A DNA stretch of 64,000 bases from Halocafeteria seosinensis (Eukaryota): NCBI GenBank assembly GCA_001687465.1, contig LVLI01000110.1, positions 1 through 64,000 of the forward strand, given 5' to 3'. A model generated the notes under the pieces. That model ran no database searches, was not told the origin of the DNA, and was given only the letters and a program-made list of their open reading frames with translations. The position numbers and the translations under genes were made by a program. Below are positions 12,260 to 24,060 of this stretch, in pieces; position 1 is the stretch's first letter; the number at the start of each line of letters is the position of its first letter.

Positions 12260-13984
12260 TCAGCTCTTCGGACTGTCCACTAAGGAATAAGCGCTCGAAA
12301 GAATATACCGTACAGCAACAGGAACAAATTCATGGATATCAGCCGCTTGCCGCTGACGATCACCTTCGTTCTGTCCAACTTCCACGGGGTTGTCATCGTG
12401 TTCCCCACACCCTCGCATTATCTCGAAGGGGACAGCGGAGATGAACATTCCGTATGTGCCAGGTACAGCCTGAGATCCTTGTCTAACGTGATCTCTGTAT
12501 AGATTAGTGTTAAGCCCAAAATTTCCGAAACGCCGCTCAGCGGTGTCGGAAGTATACTCTGTTGCGCCTACAGAATCCGAATCTGTATCGTTCGTTTGCG
12601 CTCCCTTTCTACTTCCAATGGCAGTGCTCGCTACGACCGCTGAGCCGGTGGTATTTAACCACGATCTGGTCTTCTTGCCTCGTCGCCTAATGCTGCGAAC
12701 CGCCGATCGCTCACTTGCTGCCACAGAGTGCGTATCCACAGATCGAGAATCTACTGATTCCTTTTCTCCATCCTCCGATTCTTCTTCATATTGCTGGAGG
12801 CCTATAAATTCCGTTTCATACGGCCTCTGCCCTTCTGTGCGATGGAAAGGAGCGACCAATGGACGAGACTTCAGTCCGGAGTCAGTAGTAGAACTGTTGA
12901 CGTCAGCATACTGCATGCTCTCTTTAATGGCATACAACCCTGTTACCGAGGAAGGAGGGGGTAAGCTGGAAGACGGGGGGAGACTTGACAAATCTCGAAA
13001 GCCACGTTCTTGATCATCTGGGACATCACTCTGCATACCCAACGCCCCGCTTGGAGGAGAGGACGAGGCATTGAGCTCAGGTAAGGATAACTCAGAACCG
13101 GATCTGATGTTTCCACGGGTAAATCCCTCCTGTAAAGGAGACGGTACAATATTATGATTGAGATTTCGTAAAACAGTTCGCGGTGGAAGCGGTGAAAATG
13201 CTACTTTGACTTCATACTTGTTCTCCATCTCATGGATACACTCAGCCCACTGCGACACCATTTGCGAGTCATTCAACAACCTAAGGGCGACATCAGGGAA
13301 TATGTATTCTGCGTGGCGTAAGAGGCTTAATGCAATCTGTAATTGACTTTGGGAACCCGAGAACACCACAGGATTATGGGGATAATCCACTTCCTCGTCA
13401 TTTTGTGAGTTGTTCCCTTCGGAGGCTCCACCAACCGTCCCTTTATCGAGTCTCCTTTCAACTCGGATCCACGCACCTCCAGATACTTGCGAAATTAGAG
13501 CTGGCATTTCAGCAACAGGTCCCACTCCTTTAAGCTTCATTGTAGCCGAATCTAGTTCTCCAAAGTAGGGCAGTCTGCGTACTGTTCGGGTAACTATCAA
13601 CACCAAGGTTGTGGGGCAAATTTTCCTGGCCCTCCTGAGCATTGTAAGAACATCTTGAACGGTATGCCTCGGTTGGATGTCCCACTTATGGATCCTTACA
13701 ATTTCGTCTCCTATTCTCGCTCCTAGCTCTTCAGCTTGCTTTGGAATCGTGCCGCTTCGATGTCGGTGGAGCTCCGAAATTACAATTCGGTATTGCCTCT
13801 GTAAAGAACGGTTTGCGGTGGAATGTGGCGCGGCATAGCCGACCCCGATACCAAGAGACCTACGAGTATCGCACTTGAGCACGATCTTCAAAGTGTCATG
13901 CGTGCTTTCGGGCTCTGTATAGATCAGACCGCTCTCGACCACATTTCCCACGGCGGAAGCTGCCTTTCCTCCTTCCGTATTCAT
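12260..13984 (-). CDS. PDZ-domain protein with a possible degenerate KH-like domain and a long disordered tail (3' end uncertain)
   Basis: 583-codon ORF with first ATG at 13984. The PDZ-like segment is RSLGIGV...IVISEL...AEELGARIGDEIVRIH...VQDVLTMLRRA...LVLIVTR. A possible splice donor near 12310 may lead to a short final exon. Confidence 0.65.
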   Translation of the reverse strand: MNTEGGKAASAVGNVVESGLIYTEPESTHDTLKIVLKCDTRRSLGIGVGYAAPHSTANRSLQRQYRIVISELHRHRSGTIPKQAEELGARIGDEIVRIHKWDIQPRHTVQDVLTMLRRARKICPTTLVLIVTRTVRRLPYFGELDSATMKLKGVGPVAEMPALISQVSGGAWIRVERRLDKGTVGGASEGNNSQNDEEVDYPHNPVVFSGSQSQLQIALSLLRHAEYIFPDVALRLLNDSQMVSQWAECIHEMENKYEVKVAFSPLPPRTVLRNLNHNIVPSPLQEGFTRGNIRSGSELSLPELNASSSPPSGALGMQSDVPDDQERGFRDLSSLPPSSSLPPPSSVTGLYAIKESMQYADVNSSTTDSGLKSRPLVAPFHRTEGQRPYETEFIGLQQYEEESEDGEKESVDSRSVDTHSVAASERSAVRSIRRRGKKTRSWLNTTGSAVVASTAIGSRKGAQTNDTDSDSVGATEYTSDTAERRFGNFGLNTNLYRDHVRQGSQAVPGTYGMFISAVPFEIMRGCGEHDDNPVEVGQNEGDRQRQAADIHEFVPVAVRYILSSAYSLVDSPKS

Positions 13985-14171
13985 GCTGCCGTCCCATAAA
14001 CCCCGCGCCACGTATGTTCAGCTGACCAGTTAACATTCCAAACTAGTCTATCTAGTAAATTTCAATACATATGCTCTGTTTTGATGAGTTTCTGCACCAT
14101 TACAACAGTTCGCCTCTCTTCACACTATAGATATGCCTTATGCTTGCTACCATATTTCAGAAATCAGCTTT

Positions 14172-14243
14172 GGGCGTTTAGCTCAGGGGTAGAGCGCGCG
14201 CTTAGCATGCGCGAGGCCGAGGGTTCAATTCCCTCATCGTCCA
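14172..14243 (+). tRNA. tRNA-Ala (anticodon AGC)
   Basis: Cloverleaf with acceptor stem GGGCGTT/ATCGTCC carrying the G3:U70 Ala identity pair, anticodon arm CGCGC-TTAGCAT-GCGCG and T-loop TTCAATT. Confidence 0.97.
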
Positions 14244-14246
14244 CAA

Positions 14247-14253
14247 TTTTTTT
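14247..14253 (+). terminator. RNA Pol III oligo-T terminator
   Basis: T7 run 3 nt after the tRNA-Ala discriminator base. Confidence 0.8.
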
Positions 14254-14406
14254 ACTTTTTTTTTGTTGTCAAACTGCTACGGCAGTGCTACTCCGGGCAC
14301 TCTTCAATTGCATACTCGTATGCGATAAAGTTAACTAGCTTCGTTCATACTAATATCTCACACCATTGTGTATTCTGACTGTGTCACAGCCGTATTCCAG
14401 TGGGGT

Positions 14407-16217
14407 TCAAACAAGGTACTGGTATTTAGAGAGATGTGCAAGTTGTTCACTTATGCAGGGGGAAAAACACATCAAAAGAACATAAGAATATGCATGCTCT
14501 ACAAAATTTGTGGACCACAGATCAGATTTTGTCGGGAGGGTGCTCAGCTTCCCCCGATTCTAGCCACTCGCCGAACTCATCCAGACGTTCTTCTTCCTCC
14601 TCCTCGTCCACTTGGTGTGTATCACTGCAATACAACTCGTAAAATGGTAAGAGTCCTACTTTATTCAGCACGGTTAGAATCTATGCAACAGCTCTTACCA
14701 TCTGTAATCAGTAATGCCGTCGTAAAACTCGGCAATAAGGGTTCTTCCGGAGTGATTGCGCTGGTTCATCGAATGCAAGCACTTTGCAGCGGCTCCATCG
14801 TTCTTAAATTTCACCAGCACTACACCCTCCGGGTTGTTTTCGAAAACTGTCACCTTACTAACATCACCGAATTCTGCTTGGCACTCTGACCTCAAGTCAT
14901 CCTTCAACTTCTCTGTACTGCCGCTCTTCGCTTGCAGCTCTCCGGGCGAAAACACATTCTTTAATACCACAATTTTCAAACCAGTGCTTGTACTACCGTC
15001 TTCAGCCCATGAAAGAGCAGTCTCTTGTTCTTTTCTGCGGATCTTGGCTAACTTCTCGATTTGTTCTTTGGATAAATTGCGCCCGCTGTCATCTGTCCTT
15101 GTGTCATTCGTCTTAGACTTCTTGGAAGGCTGAAATTCTGCTTGCTCTACGTTAATTCGGTATCTGAAAGCGCAAAAAGAAAGTGGGACAGCTGGTTCGA
15201 TAACCTAGGGCTTTTGAGAAACACTTACCCTGGACGTATTTCAGACCCGTCAATGATGTCGAGAGCGAGATCTACTGAGGTCTCTTGCAGATAACAAATA
15301 GAAGCATCCCCTTTAGGACGTCCCTCCTCATCCTTGTAAATCTTGATCCGAGGCTCGTTTGTTATAATATCTCTTTTCAAAATTCCGCATTTCTTAAAGG
15401 TATCATGCAATTCTTCGAACTCTATATCTTCCGGTAGACCAGTGATGTATACCCATGGGTTTTCTCGTTTCTTTTTCGATGACTTTTGCTTCCTTTTGTG
15501 CCCTGCCTTTTTCGAGTTTTGTTGTTCTTGAGTTTGAGACCCGTTCCCTGAGCTTTGGGTAGTTTGCACTTCTTCAGTAGCAGCAGCTGAGGTAGTTGCA
15601 GTGGCACTTGGTTTGGCACTCTGAATTTGCTCGCGGAAGACTTGGCCCACGAAGTCGGACATCGATGGCTCCATTGAGAGCGGTATCCAGTCTGTCATCC
15701 CAGCTGTCCAAAGAAGAGTATCGTTATCAATCTGTCCCGAACAGAATAGCGATGCCAGCCCTTGCGCTGTGACGGGACCTTGTCGTTGCCGTTGTGCATC
15801 GACATAATACCATTGCTGCCCACGAGTGCTTGCTGTTGCCGCTTGGGGTGACCATTGATCTCCATTCACCTGTTGTTGTTGTTGAGTATGATGCGTTGAC
15901 TTTTCCAATGATGCTGATGGAGGCTGTTGTTGGGAAGAACTCGTCGAACCTCCTTGTTGCTCATCTAATACTCCATGCAATGTCTCGATCATGTTGGGGA
16001 TTTCACTCAAGGGCGTCCACTGCGACAGCTGAGGCGACCACAGCAAGGTCATTCCATTAATTACTGGTCCCTCGTTCTTCTCTTCTTGGCTCGTTTCATC
16101 GTCTTCTTGCTCCTGTGCTTGTAGCAATTGGTTTAATTCAGATAACGACACGGGCCCATGCTGTTGGCGATTTTCATCCAAATAATACCACGGGTGTTGC
16201 AACAACGGTGCTGACAT
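14407..16217 (-). CDS. HTATSF1: HTATSF1/Tat-SF1/CUS2 U2-associated splicing factor with two N-terminal GYF_2 domains
   Basis: RRM: WVYITGLPEDI...FKKCGIL...RIKIYKDEEGRPKGDASICY. UHM: IVVLKNVF...ECQAEFGDVSKVTVFENNPEGVVLVKF. Tail: EEEERLDEFGEWLE. GYF_2 motifs: WYYLDENRQQHGP and WYYVDAQRQRQGP. Introns at 15164-15228 and 14625-14698. The stop position is tentative. Confidence 0.88.
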
Positions 16218-17619
16218 GATCAACCATGCGCAGGACGACAGCCGAGCAGATGATTGTATTGGAGTCGATATAACAGTCCCTGACAATGTAGTATCTGTGC
16301 TTCATGGTACAGTACATGTATGCAGACCATCTGGGGACGTTTGTGAAGGTATCAGGTTTGACCAGGAAAAACAAAACAACTCAATGAATTACTCGTACAG
16401 TATGAACAGGGTATGTGATTCATGACTAGACGATCGAACGGCATGAATGTAGATGGCTAACGCTTCCATCTACGCGAATTGTCGTCGATATCCATTTGGG
16501 AATGACCAAATCCCATCCATCCTATTTGTGTGTGTGATCCTACATGGTGCACATACACAGTACTTATTGATCCTAAGCTACCAAAGCACAATGTGCACTA
16601 TGGATGAGACTACAGCGGCAAATCGAATGAATGCCTGTAACCGGGCGGATCAGTAGACAAAGTCGATCGATTACTACCGTGGTGCCAGCTGTGATTAGAT
16701 TTGTAGTAGCTGTCATCTGTCACGTGACACGTCTTCCGGGAGGAGCAATACCTGAATACCAATACACACTGTACCCCTTGTGCTCCTTGCTTCCATTTCT
16801 CCGAGCTCAACGAAGGCGCCAGTTTCATTATTGGTACGGGCATCTGGTGGCTAAATCCCTCATTCGGTGGTTGTCAGGGCCAAACTAGTACAGAATGGGT
16901 TCCAGAATCCCAAGACCAACAGAATTCCAATTACAACAATTGCAGACAACTTCGATACGTTCTACTGCTTTCTCTACCGAAGAATGCCTTCCTTGATCCG
17001 CAGACGCTGACGTATGATACCGGTTCTGAAAAACTCAAAATTACCTGACTTTTCAGTGAACTTCTCACCTTGTACATGCTCCACCTCTGATTGTTGTCCA
17101 CGCACAGTAGTACTTCCCGCGTCTCACAAGGGGGATTACATATGCGCACGCAATGGACAATGAATACATCTGACATGGTACCCTTCTAGATCAAATCATT
17201 ACGCAGAATACCGCAGCGAATTCATCCAGATCCAGATCCAGATCGGTCAACCACCCAAACTGGGGTGACCCAGTACAACAACACTAAGTCCCCCTGAAGC
17301 AGGCCGGGTTCTCCCCTCACTTGGCCTAGAGTATTGAGGCTACGGGGTTGTCCGCTGGAGGCACTGCTCCCACTTTTTGTCGATCCCTTGTTCCTTCCCT
17401 CGAGGGTGGGTGTGGCTGTTGTTTGCTTGTTTTTGGGGGTGGTACCTGGAATATGGGTGAAGGAAGATAGGCTTCCACTTTTTGCTGACCAGGAAGGATG
17501 CGTCCGTGATTCACTGACCTCGGAATCATACACCAAGGTACGTTTAGAATAAAGACAGGTATAATCGGAGTCTTTATGTATGCTTGTGCCTGATTAAATG
17601 AAATATGGGGGTGCAGAAA

Positions 17620-19573
17620 ATGGAGACCATGACAACACCTAGCACTTTGGACCAGAATTTCCACCTGGCTCTGTCCCATTTAGTGGTATGTTTGTGCTTA
17701 AATGGTTGGATAAATACCCTCTCTATATACAAATTGCGTGTGTATGTGTCTGGACATTGGACAGGGAGAGCATGTGGCGGTGAAAACCAAAGGTGGTCCG
17801 ATCTGGCGAGGACTCTTCTACTCCTTGGACACGAACAACACCTCTTCGACGACAGCTGACAGCCGTCGCAAGGATGGGATTGGGGTGGTCTTGAAATATG
17901 CTGTCAAAACGAACTCGTTTGAGCCCATGAACTTCCAAAAGTCCGTGCAGTTTGTTCACCAGCAGGCGCGGGAACAGGCAGCCAGGGTATGTACACTTGT
18001 CAACATCGCTAGACTATATGTCACTGTACCTATCGTTTTCCGGCTTGCTTACCCTGAACTTCAGGCTTCGCCGAAGAATGTACTCATCATAGCACCTGAG
18101 GATTTTGTCGAGGTAAGAGGGGTTTTGGAGTCTGCCTTAGTATGATACACGACACCACGACGTCATTCAACTGACACGCAGATGCGTGCGGATGAAGTGA
18201 GCGTCAACGGTGAAAGGATTGAGAATTTAGAGTCTCGGACAAAATTTAAGACCGACACAGAAATCGGAAACTACCACGGTGAAGACTCACGGCAACTCAA
18301 AGCAGTCGACAGCTCTTGGTTGCAAGCAGGTGCAGATTCAGGTTTGCAGGGTCTTGAAGAAACTAATGCTCGTGGCTGGGACCAATTTCAAACGAATGAA
18401 AAACTCTTTGGAGTGAAAGCTACTTTTGACGAATCGCAGTATACAACAGAGCTCCACAGAGATAAGTTCTCTTCAGAGAAGTTGAAATGGGCTGAGCGCC
18501 AGGCTGCTGAAATCGAGGGAAGCGGGTCTTCTAATATACACATTGCAGAAGAGCGTAACCAGGTTCGCGAAAAGGATGTCGACGAAGAAATGCTATATAG
18601 CGGTGTGTCTCGGGGAGAAAGAGCGAGTTCATCTAGTAAGCGTTCATTTGCTGACGTTTTGAAGACTCAACAACAGAAGGAGAAAGCGAGACAGGCTCAA
18701 GCTTCACGGAGTGACGCTGACATGGCGGATTCGTGGCGTTCTACTCCTAATCCCCAAGAGCCCAGCGACAACAAAGCTAGCGTACCAATGGAGTCTCAAA
18801 CAATTGCTACCACTAGCACCGTTTCTCAGTCGGAGCCTTCTGTCAAGAAAGAGACAGCGTCTACGTCTACCCCTCAAACCACTTCAACCAGTTCCACTGT
18901 AGCAACAGGTATTGCACCGAGAAAGCCGCGGGGATCATTGGCGAGTCGGCTTAATCCTGAAGCGAAAGAATTCAAAGTTAACCCAGATGCTCCGGAGTTT
19001 GTTCCGAGCTCATACACAGCACCCCAACTCCAGCCTCGCATGATGCCAACTCAACCTGCGTACGCTCTCCCCAGCAACTCTCCGAGCTTTGTTCCGCACT
19101 CTGCAGCGGCGCATCCGCGCCCACCGCAGCCACAACAATACCCAAACTACTCCGGTCAAATGCATTCCCCCCAAGCAAGTGCTCCTCCTCTTCCGCTTAG
19201 CCAGCCACCATCGCTAGGGCACAGTACCATGTCAATGGGTTATCCCTCTATGTACCCCGGTATGGTCAGTGGTAGTCACACGTACATGGCTGGAAATCCC
19301 CAAATTACGACGACGGTGGACCCCTCGCAATACACAATGGGTGGGATTCCGAACCAGCAGCCACCCGGTGCATATGGGTATGGTGGCCAAGTCCAGTACC
19401 AACAAGCTCAGGCGCAATATTATGGGGCAGTACCAGCGAGTATGGGCTACAGTAGCTATGGGTACAATTATCATCAATATCCTGGCCGGGGAACTGCACC
19501 TTCTCCCGCTATGCCCAACCCCAATAAATATCAGGAATACGGACCACATGTGCATTGGAACCAGGGCAAGTAG
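17620..19573 (+). CDS. ATXN2: ataxin-2/Pbp1 family protein (LSm, LsmAD, PAM2, P/Q/Y-rich tail)
   Basis: LSm: LSHLV|GEHVAVKTKGGPIWRGLF. Also FKTDTEI, LsmAD GWDQFQTNEKLFGVKATFDESQYTT and PAM2 SRLNPEAKEF. Confidence 0.9.
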
Positions 19574-19673
19574 GCACCAATATGTAGTAAAAGCACAATT
19601 TCTGTAGGCAATACGGAACACAACTATGGCAACTGCATACGATTGTTTATACATCTAGATGGTAGGCACAACA

Positions 19674-21980
19674 CTACAATTTTGCTTCGTCCGAAAGCTG
19701 AGGGGCCTGGACTTCAGCTAGACCACCGTCTAACACCACCTCATTATTTCTTGTGGGTACTCGGCACCGAAATAAAACAACTTGCGCATCGCGGAATATT
19801 TTCCTCTCTTTACATCGTTGCTGCCGATCTATCCAAGCCTCCACAACAACTGTTTCTCCTGGGAAGACATGTCGAGAAAAGCGTGCTTTGATCCTGCAAT
19901 AACGGCCAAGCTCGAAAATGCATATTTGTAACCGCAAGCAGGGACTCAAAGACTAGAGTACACACCTCTTGATGTTTTCAGGGTGCAAAGGGGACAATTT
20001 CTGGGTTAATACCCGACCAGCAATGCCGAGGCTACAAAGGCCATGCAGAATTGGCTTCTCAAACCCCGCCATTGACGCCATATTCGGATCGGCATGGAGT
20101 GGGTTTCTGTCTCCATTCAATCTGTTGCAAAAAGCAAAGGTGGTTATAGAAGGTTAGTTGAATTTGGTGGAAGGAATTCACTGGAGGTCGTACCTGTACA
20201 GAAGCGCAGCATAGGGTTCCGTTTGACAATGCGACTGAACATCCGGTTCACAATCAGGCAGAGTGTCATATGGAGGAGTAAAACTACCACGGTCTCCACC
20301 AAAACCACCAGCACCGCGGACTAATAGACTAGAGCGATTGCAAGCTAGCAGTTCCCCAGTTTCTTCGTTGATACTCGTTGAGTCAAAAACTACGACCGCA
20401 GCTTTACCTTTATCATAGATGTGGGATATCTTGCCACGTGTGAGCACATTAGCTTCTGCAGGTAGTTTTCTTGGTACCACGACCTCTTGCTCGCCGTGCA
20501 AGACCATAGCAGGGTTAAACTTAAACGTCTCAAGATCTGTGATTTGGCTCATCAGATCGTGGGGCCATAATACAGGGAATGTCGGTAGAACCAACAACTC
20601 TCCCGGTTCACTATTGAGTTCATAGGTAAATGGCAAGTCATTTTGGTCAAGAGGATTCGCCGACATTCCCACGGATAATGCATAGAGGATAGCATCATGT
20701 GATCCATATTGATGACGCCTCGCTGCATAACCAGAAAAGAACGAATCACCATAAACTAAATTCCACTGTCGCTATCTTCACATACGGGAAAAATACATAT
20801 TGAGTGTTGCTGGTACATCCACCGACTCATTCACGCCCCTATTTCCGCCTGACAACTGCGGTAGAAGAGACTCGTTGGCATCCTCTGGCCTGCTGGAACC
20901 ATTGCCCTCTAGTTCCCCTCTACCGGAGGGGGGTAATGATTCGAGGTTCTTCAATATTGGGCCAAAAGCAGATTGAGCACTTTCCGGGTATTCGTAGGAA
21001 TTCCATTCACCAATTTTCCCCCAGTTGTCCCGTACACGTTCTATTGTCATATCCTCTGACAGGGGCAAGAATGCCCCCTGGGTGCGTTGCCAACGGAGCG
21101 CGGCACACCATCCAGCTCCTGTCTCCAGGCACCTACCAGACTCCATGCATTGCTCATGGCACAAGAATGCCACCAAGGGAGCAACTAACTCCGGTCTCAG
21201 TGCACGAAGCAAATCGGGTGGGAGGATGTCCGCTGTCATCTTTGAAGCAGCAATCGGCGCTACTGTATTTACTAAAATATTGCAACTTTGGCCTTCCCTA
21301 GATAAAGTGTTTGCGAGACCTAAAATCCCCGTCTGCACCAAGATGATCAATTGATTCATATATATACATTGTCACGGCGATTGGGCTCTTACCTTCGCAG
21401 ATCCGTAGTTCGCTTGCCCAAAGTTGCCGTAGAGACCAGAGCTGCTGGCGATCATCACAATGCGTCCGTACCTTTGGTCTCTCATATGGTTCCATACCGC
21501 TCTAGTAAGAGCAAATGTTCCGAAGAGATGAACCTTATAGACATCGTTCCATTGTTTTCCCGTCATCTTTATAAAGGATGAGTCCCGCAAGATCCCCGCA
21601 TTGTTAATCAAAATATCTGCAAACGCGTCCGCAAGACCCCATTTCTTAGTTTTACGGTTACTTTAGGGATACCACCAAACAAAGAGAGCACCAGGGGGCT
21701 TCTCAACCATCTTACCGATACGTCCAAATTGTCGAATGGCATCTTGTGCAATGCGCTGCGCCCCTTCCCACGAGTCCACCGAATCCGAATTGGCATGGGC
21801 GTGTCCTCCGTAGCTGCGCCGAGTGGCCGAGGCGACATTCTCGGCTGCCTCTTTGCTGATGTCGTTGACAAGCACTTTAGCCCCACGCTGTCCTAATAAC
21901 AAAGCATAGGCTCTTCCTAAGCCATTTCCGGCGCCTGTGATGATGGCGACGCGGCCATCGAAGCGCAGCTCATTGCTCAT
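19674..21980 (-). CDS. HSD17B4: peroxisomal multifunctional beta-oxidation enzyme type 2 (SDR dehydrogenase + MaoC-like hydratase 2)
   Basis: Motifs include [51 protein letters not shown] and [10 protein letters not shown]...KPILHGLC. The C-terminus is the PTS1 signal -AKL. No SCP2 domain is present. Confidence 0.93.
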
Positions 21981-22422
21981 GCTTTCCGTCGCTACTCCAC
22001 TACGCCACTAGACAGTTAACTAATATAATGCTCAATCTCAATCTCTACTCGGCGGATTCAAAACGGCAATCATGGAGGTGAATGAGCAAGATATCATTTT
22101 TCTTCCCACCACCTTCACAAGATGGAATGTCCCTCCCATTGAGTGGAGGATCGAACTTTATCGAACAACTGTCGACGCTCATACTGGGCATAAAATACAG
22201 TATAACAGTGAATGGTTTATGAGTTTCATGTGAGTATTGGTTCGCGCAAAATCGAATGTAGTTGAAGTTGGAGTCAGTCAGAAGGATACTGTATTCGCTG
22301 TATTTCGATGCGTATTGTACAGTCATAAGTGAAGAACATCGGAGGCTCCGATTCGGAGGCTCAAAGTAGGACAAGTAGTTATTTTTATTTTTTATATTGT
22401 TTTCGTGTTTGTGGGTTCAAAA

Positions 22423-24030
22423 ATGAGCCATGAAACGACTGTCTCTCGAAGAGGCACCCGAGCTATTCGGCCCATCACAGACTATCTCCGTATGTTCATG
22501 TTTCCAGCGTATACATTACCTTCGCACTTCTACCACAATTGACGAGCTCTTCTCCACTCTACAGGTGTGCTCTTGCAAGCACAAAGCGATATGTTTGATC
22601 CGGACAACAACCCCAATGGGTATGTCATCATGTCCGTAGCAGAGAACAGGCAGAATTTTGATATGATGCGCGAACACTTGGCCAAATGTCGAAACATAGA
22701 CAACGCTGCCTCGGCTTACAATAGCATGAGAGGGATGATCCAGTTCCGAAGAGCATTTGCCAAAATCATGGAGCATACGTTGCCGACGAATCGACCATTG
22801 GGTACGTGTTGGAGGACACAGTGATTAAAGCAATGTGGGACCTTGTGGGTGTTGGTTGATTAATAATTCGACACCTCGTTTTTCTAAATCGGTGCAGATC
22901 CAGAAAAATTCTGTATCTCCGCTGGCTGCGGCGCTCTCGTGGATAATCTCATGTTCATTCTCGCGGACTCTGGCGAGAGTGTTCTGATACCCGTAAGCTA
23001 CACATTGTATTGTTGCCCATTTTTGCAAGCAACCTCACATAGGAAAGAATTTTGTATATTTCTCCCTGGTTGATGCAATCAGGCACCTTATTATCCCGCT
23101 TTTGACAACGACTGCTGCACCAAAGCAGAAAACGTAGTCGAACCTGTTCCTGTGGATACAGATCTAAACTTTGATCACTATCCTCTTACCGTCGACATGC
23201 TCGAGAAGAAAGCAGACGAAGCCGCTCAGAAGGGGAGACCGGCGCGCGTACTTCTTCTGTCGAATCCTCAGAATCCAACAGCAGATGTAATTCCAGAGAG
23301 TGAACTTCGAGAAATTATTGAATGGTAAGATACCGTTTCTAGCTTGGCAGTCGTTAGCTCTGTTCTGGTATATGCGGGTGCATTCACTAGTTACAGGTGC
23401 AGAAAGAGAAAGATTCACCTTATTTCGGACGAAATCTACGCGAAATCTGTTTTTAACCCCGACCCCCAAATGCCCTTCGAAACGGTGGTCAATATGTACA
23501 GTGACTTAGGCGACTATGTTCATGTTCTTTGGGGACTAAGCAAAGATTTCGGTATGAGCGGATACCGCGTGGGTGCTGTATATACTGAAAACTCCGAAGT
23601 TCTGGCGGCAATGGATAACATTGGATGCTTTTGCGCTGTCTCCAATGACGTACAAGAATGCCTCACCACTGCTTTCAGTGATATAGACTTTACTGCAGGG
23701 TATCTCGAAGAGAACTGTAAAGTTATACAAAATGCATTCGAAGCCGTGGAACCTGTGGTAGCGGAAGCAGGCATACCATATATGAAACCCAAGGGGGGCC
23801 TTTTTTTCTGGATAGACCTGCGGAGATTACTTAAAGGCAGCCGCTGGGAAGCCGAACAAGAGCTGCGGGCTACTCTTGAGAACGATCTGAAGATCCTGTT
23901 GACCCCTGGAGAGTCTTGTCACTCCTCATATCCTGGCTTTTTCCGTGCATGTATTGGCTGGATGAATCAAAGAGCAGTCATTGAAGGGTTTCAGCGACTA
24001 GCAAGGTACTACAAATCGCACACCAATTAG
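22423..24030 (+). CDS. ACC-synthase-like PLP-dependent enzyme (aminotransferase class I/II), 5 exons
   Basis: Motifs include FDPDNNPNGYVIMSVAEN, VLIP|APYYPAFD, SNPQNP, HLISDEIYA, the PLP-lysine motif GLSKDFGMSGYRVG and PGFFRAC. Four in-frame GT-AG introns. Confidence 0.88.
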
Positions 24031-24060
24031 AGGGGTATATTATGAATGGACCACGCTCTG

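Noticed and set aside
12507..13013. Long antisense ORFs (also 26559-27224, 39819-40412, 55390-55611)
   Set aside because: They are shadows of low-complexity coding sequence on the opposite strand and show no independent protein features.
14172..14243. U6-U67 mismatch in the tRNA-Ala acceptor stem as a sign of a pseudogene or editing
   Set aside because: The same mismatch occurs in functional eukaryotic tRNA-Ala(IGC), e.g. yeast, and the rest of the cloverleaf is intact.
17224..17241. (TCCAGA)3 short tandem repeat
   Set aside because: It is too short to distinguish from simple slippage, and it is neither telomere-like nor CRISPR-like.
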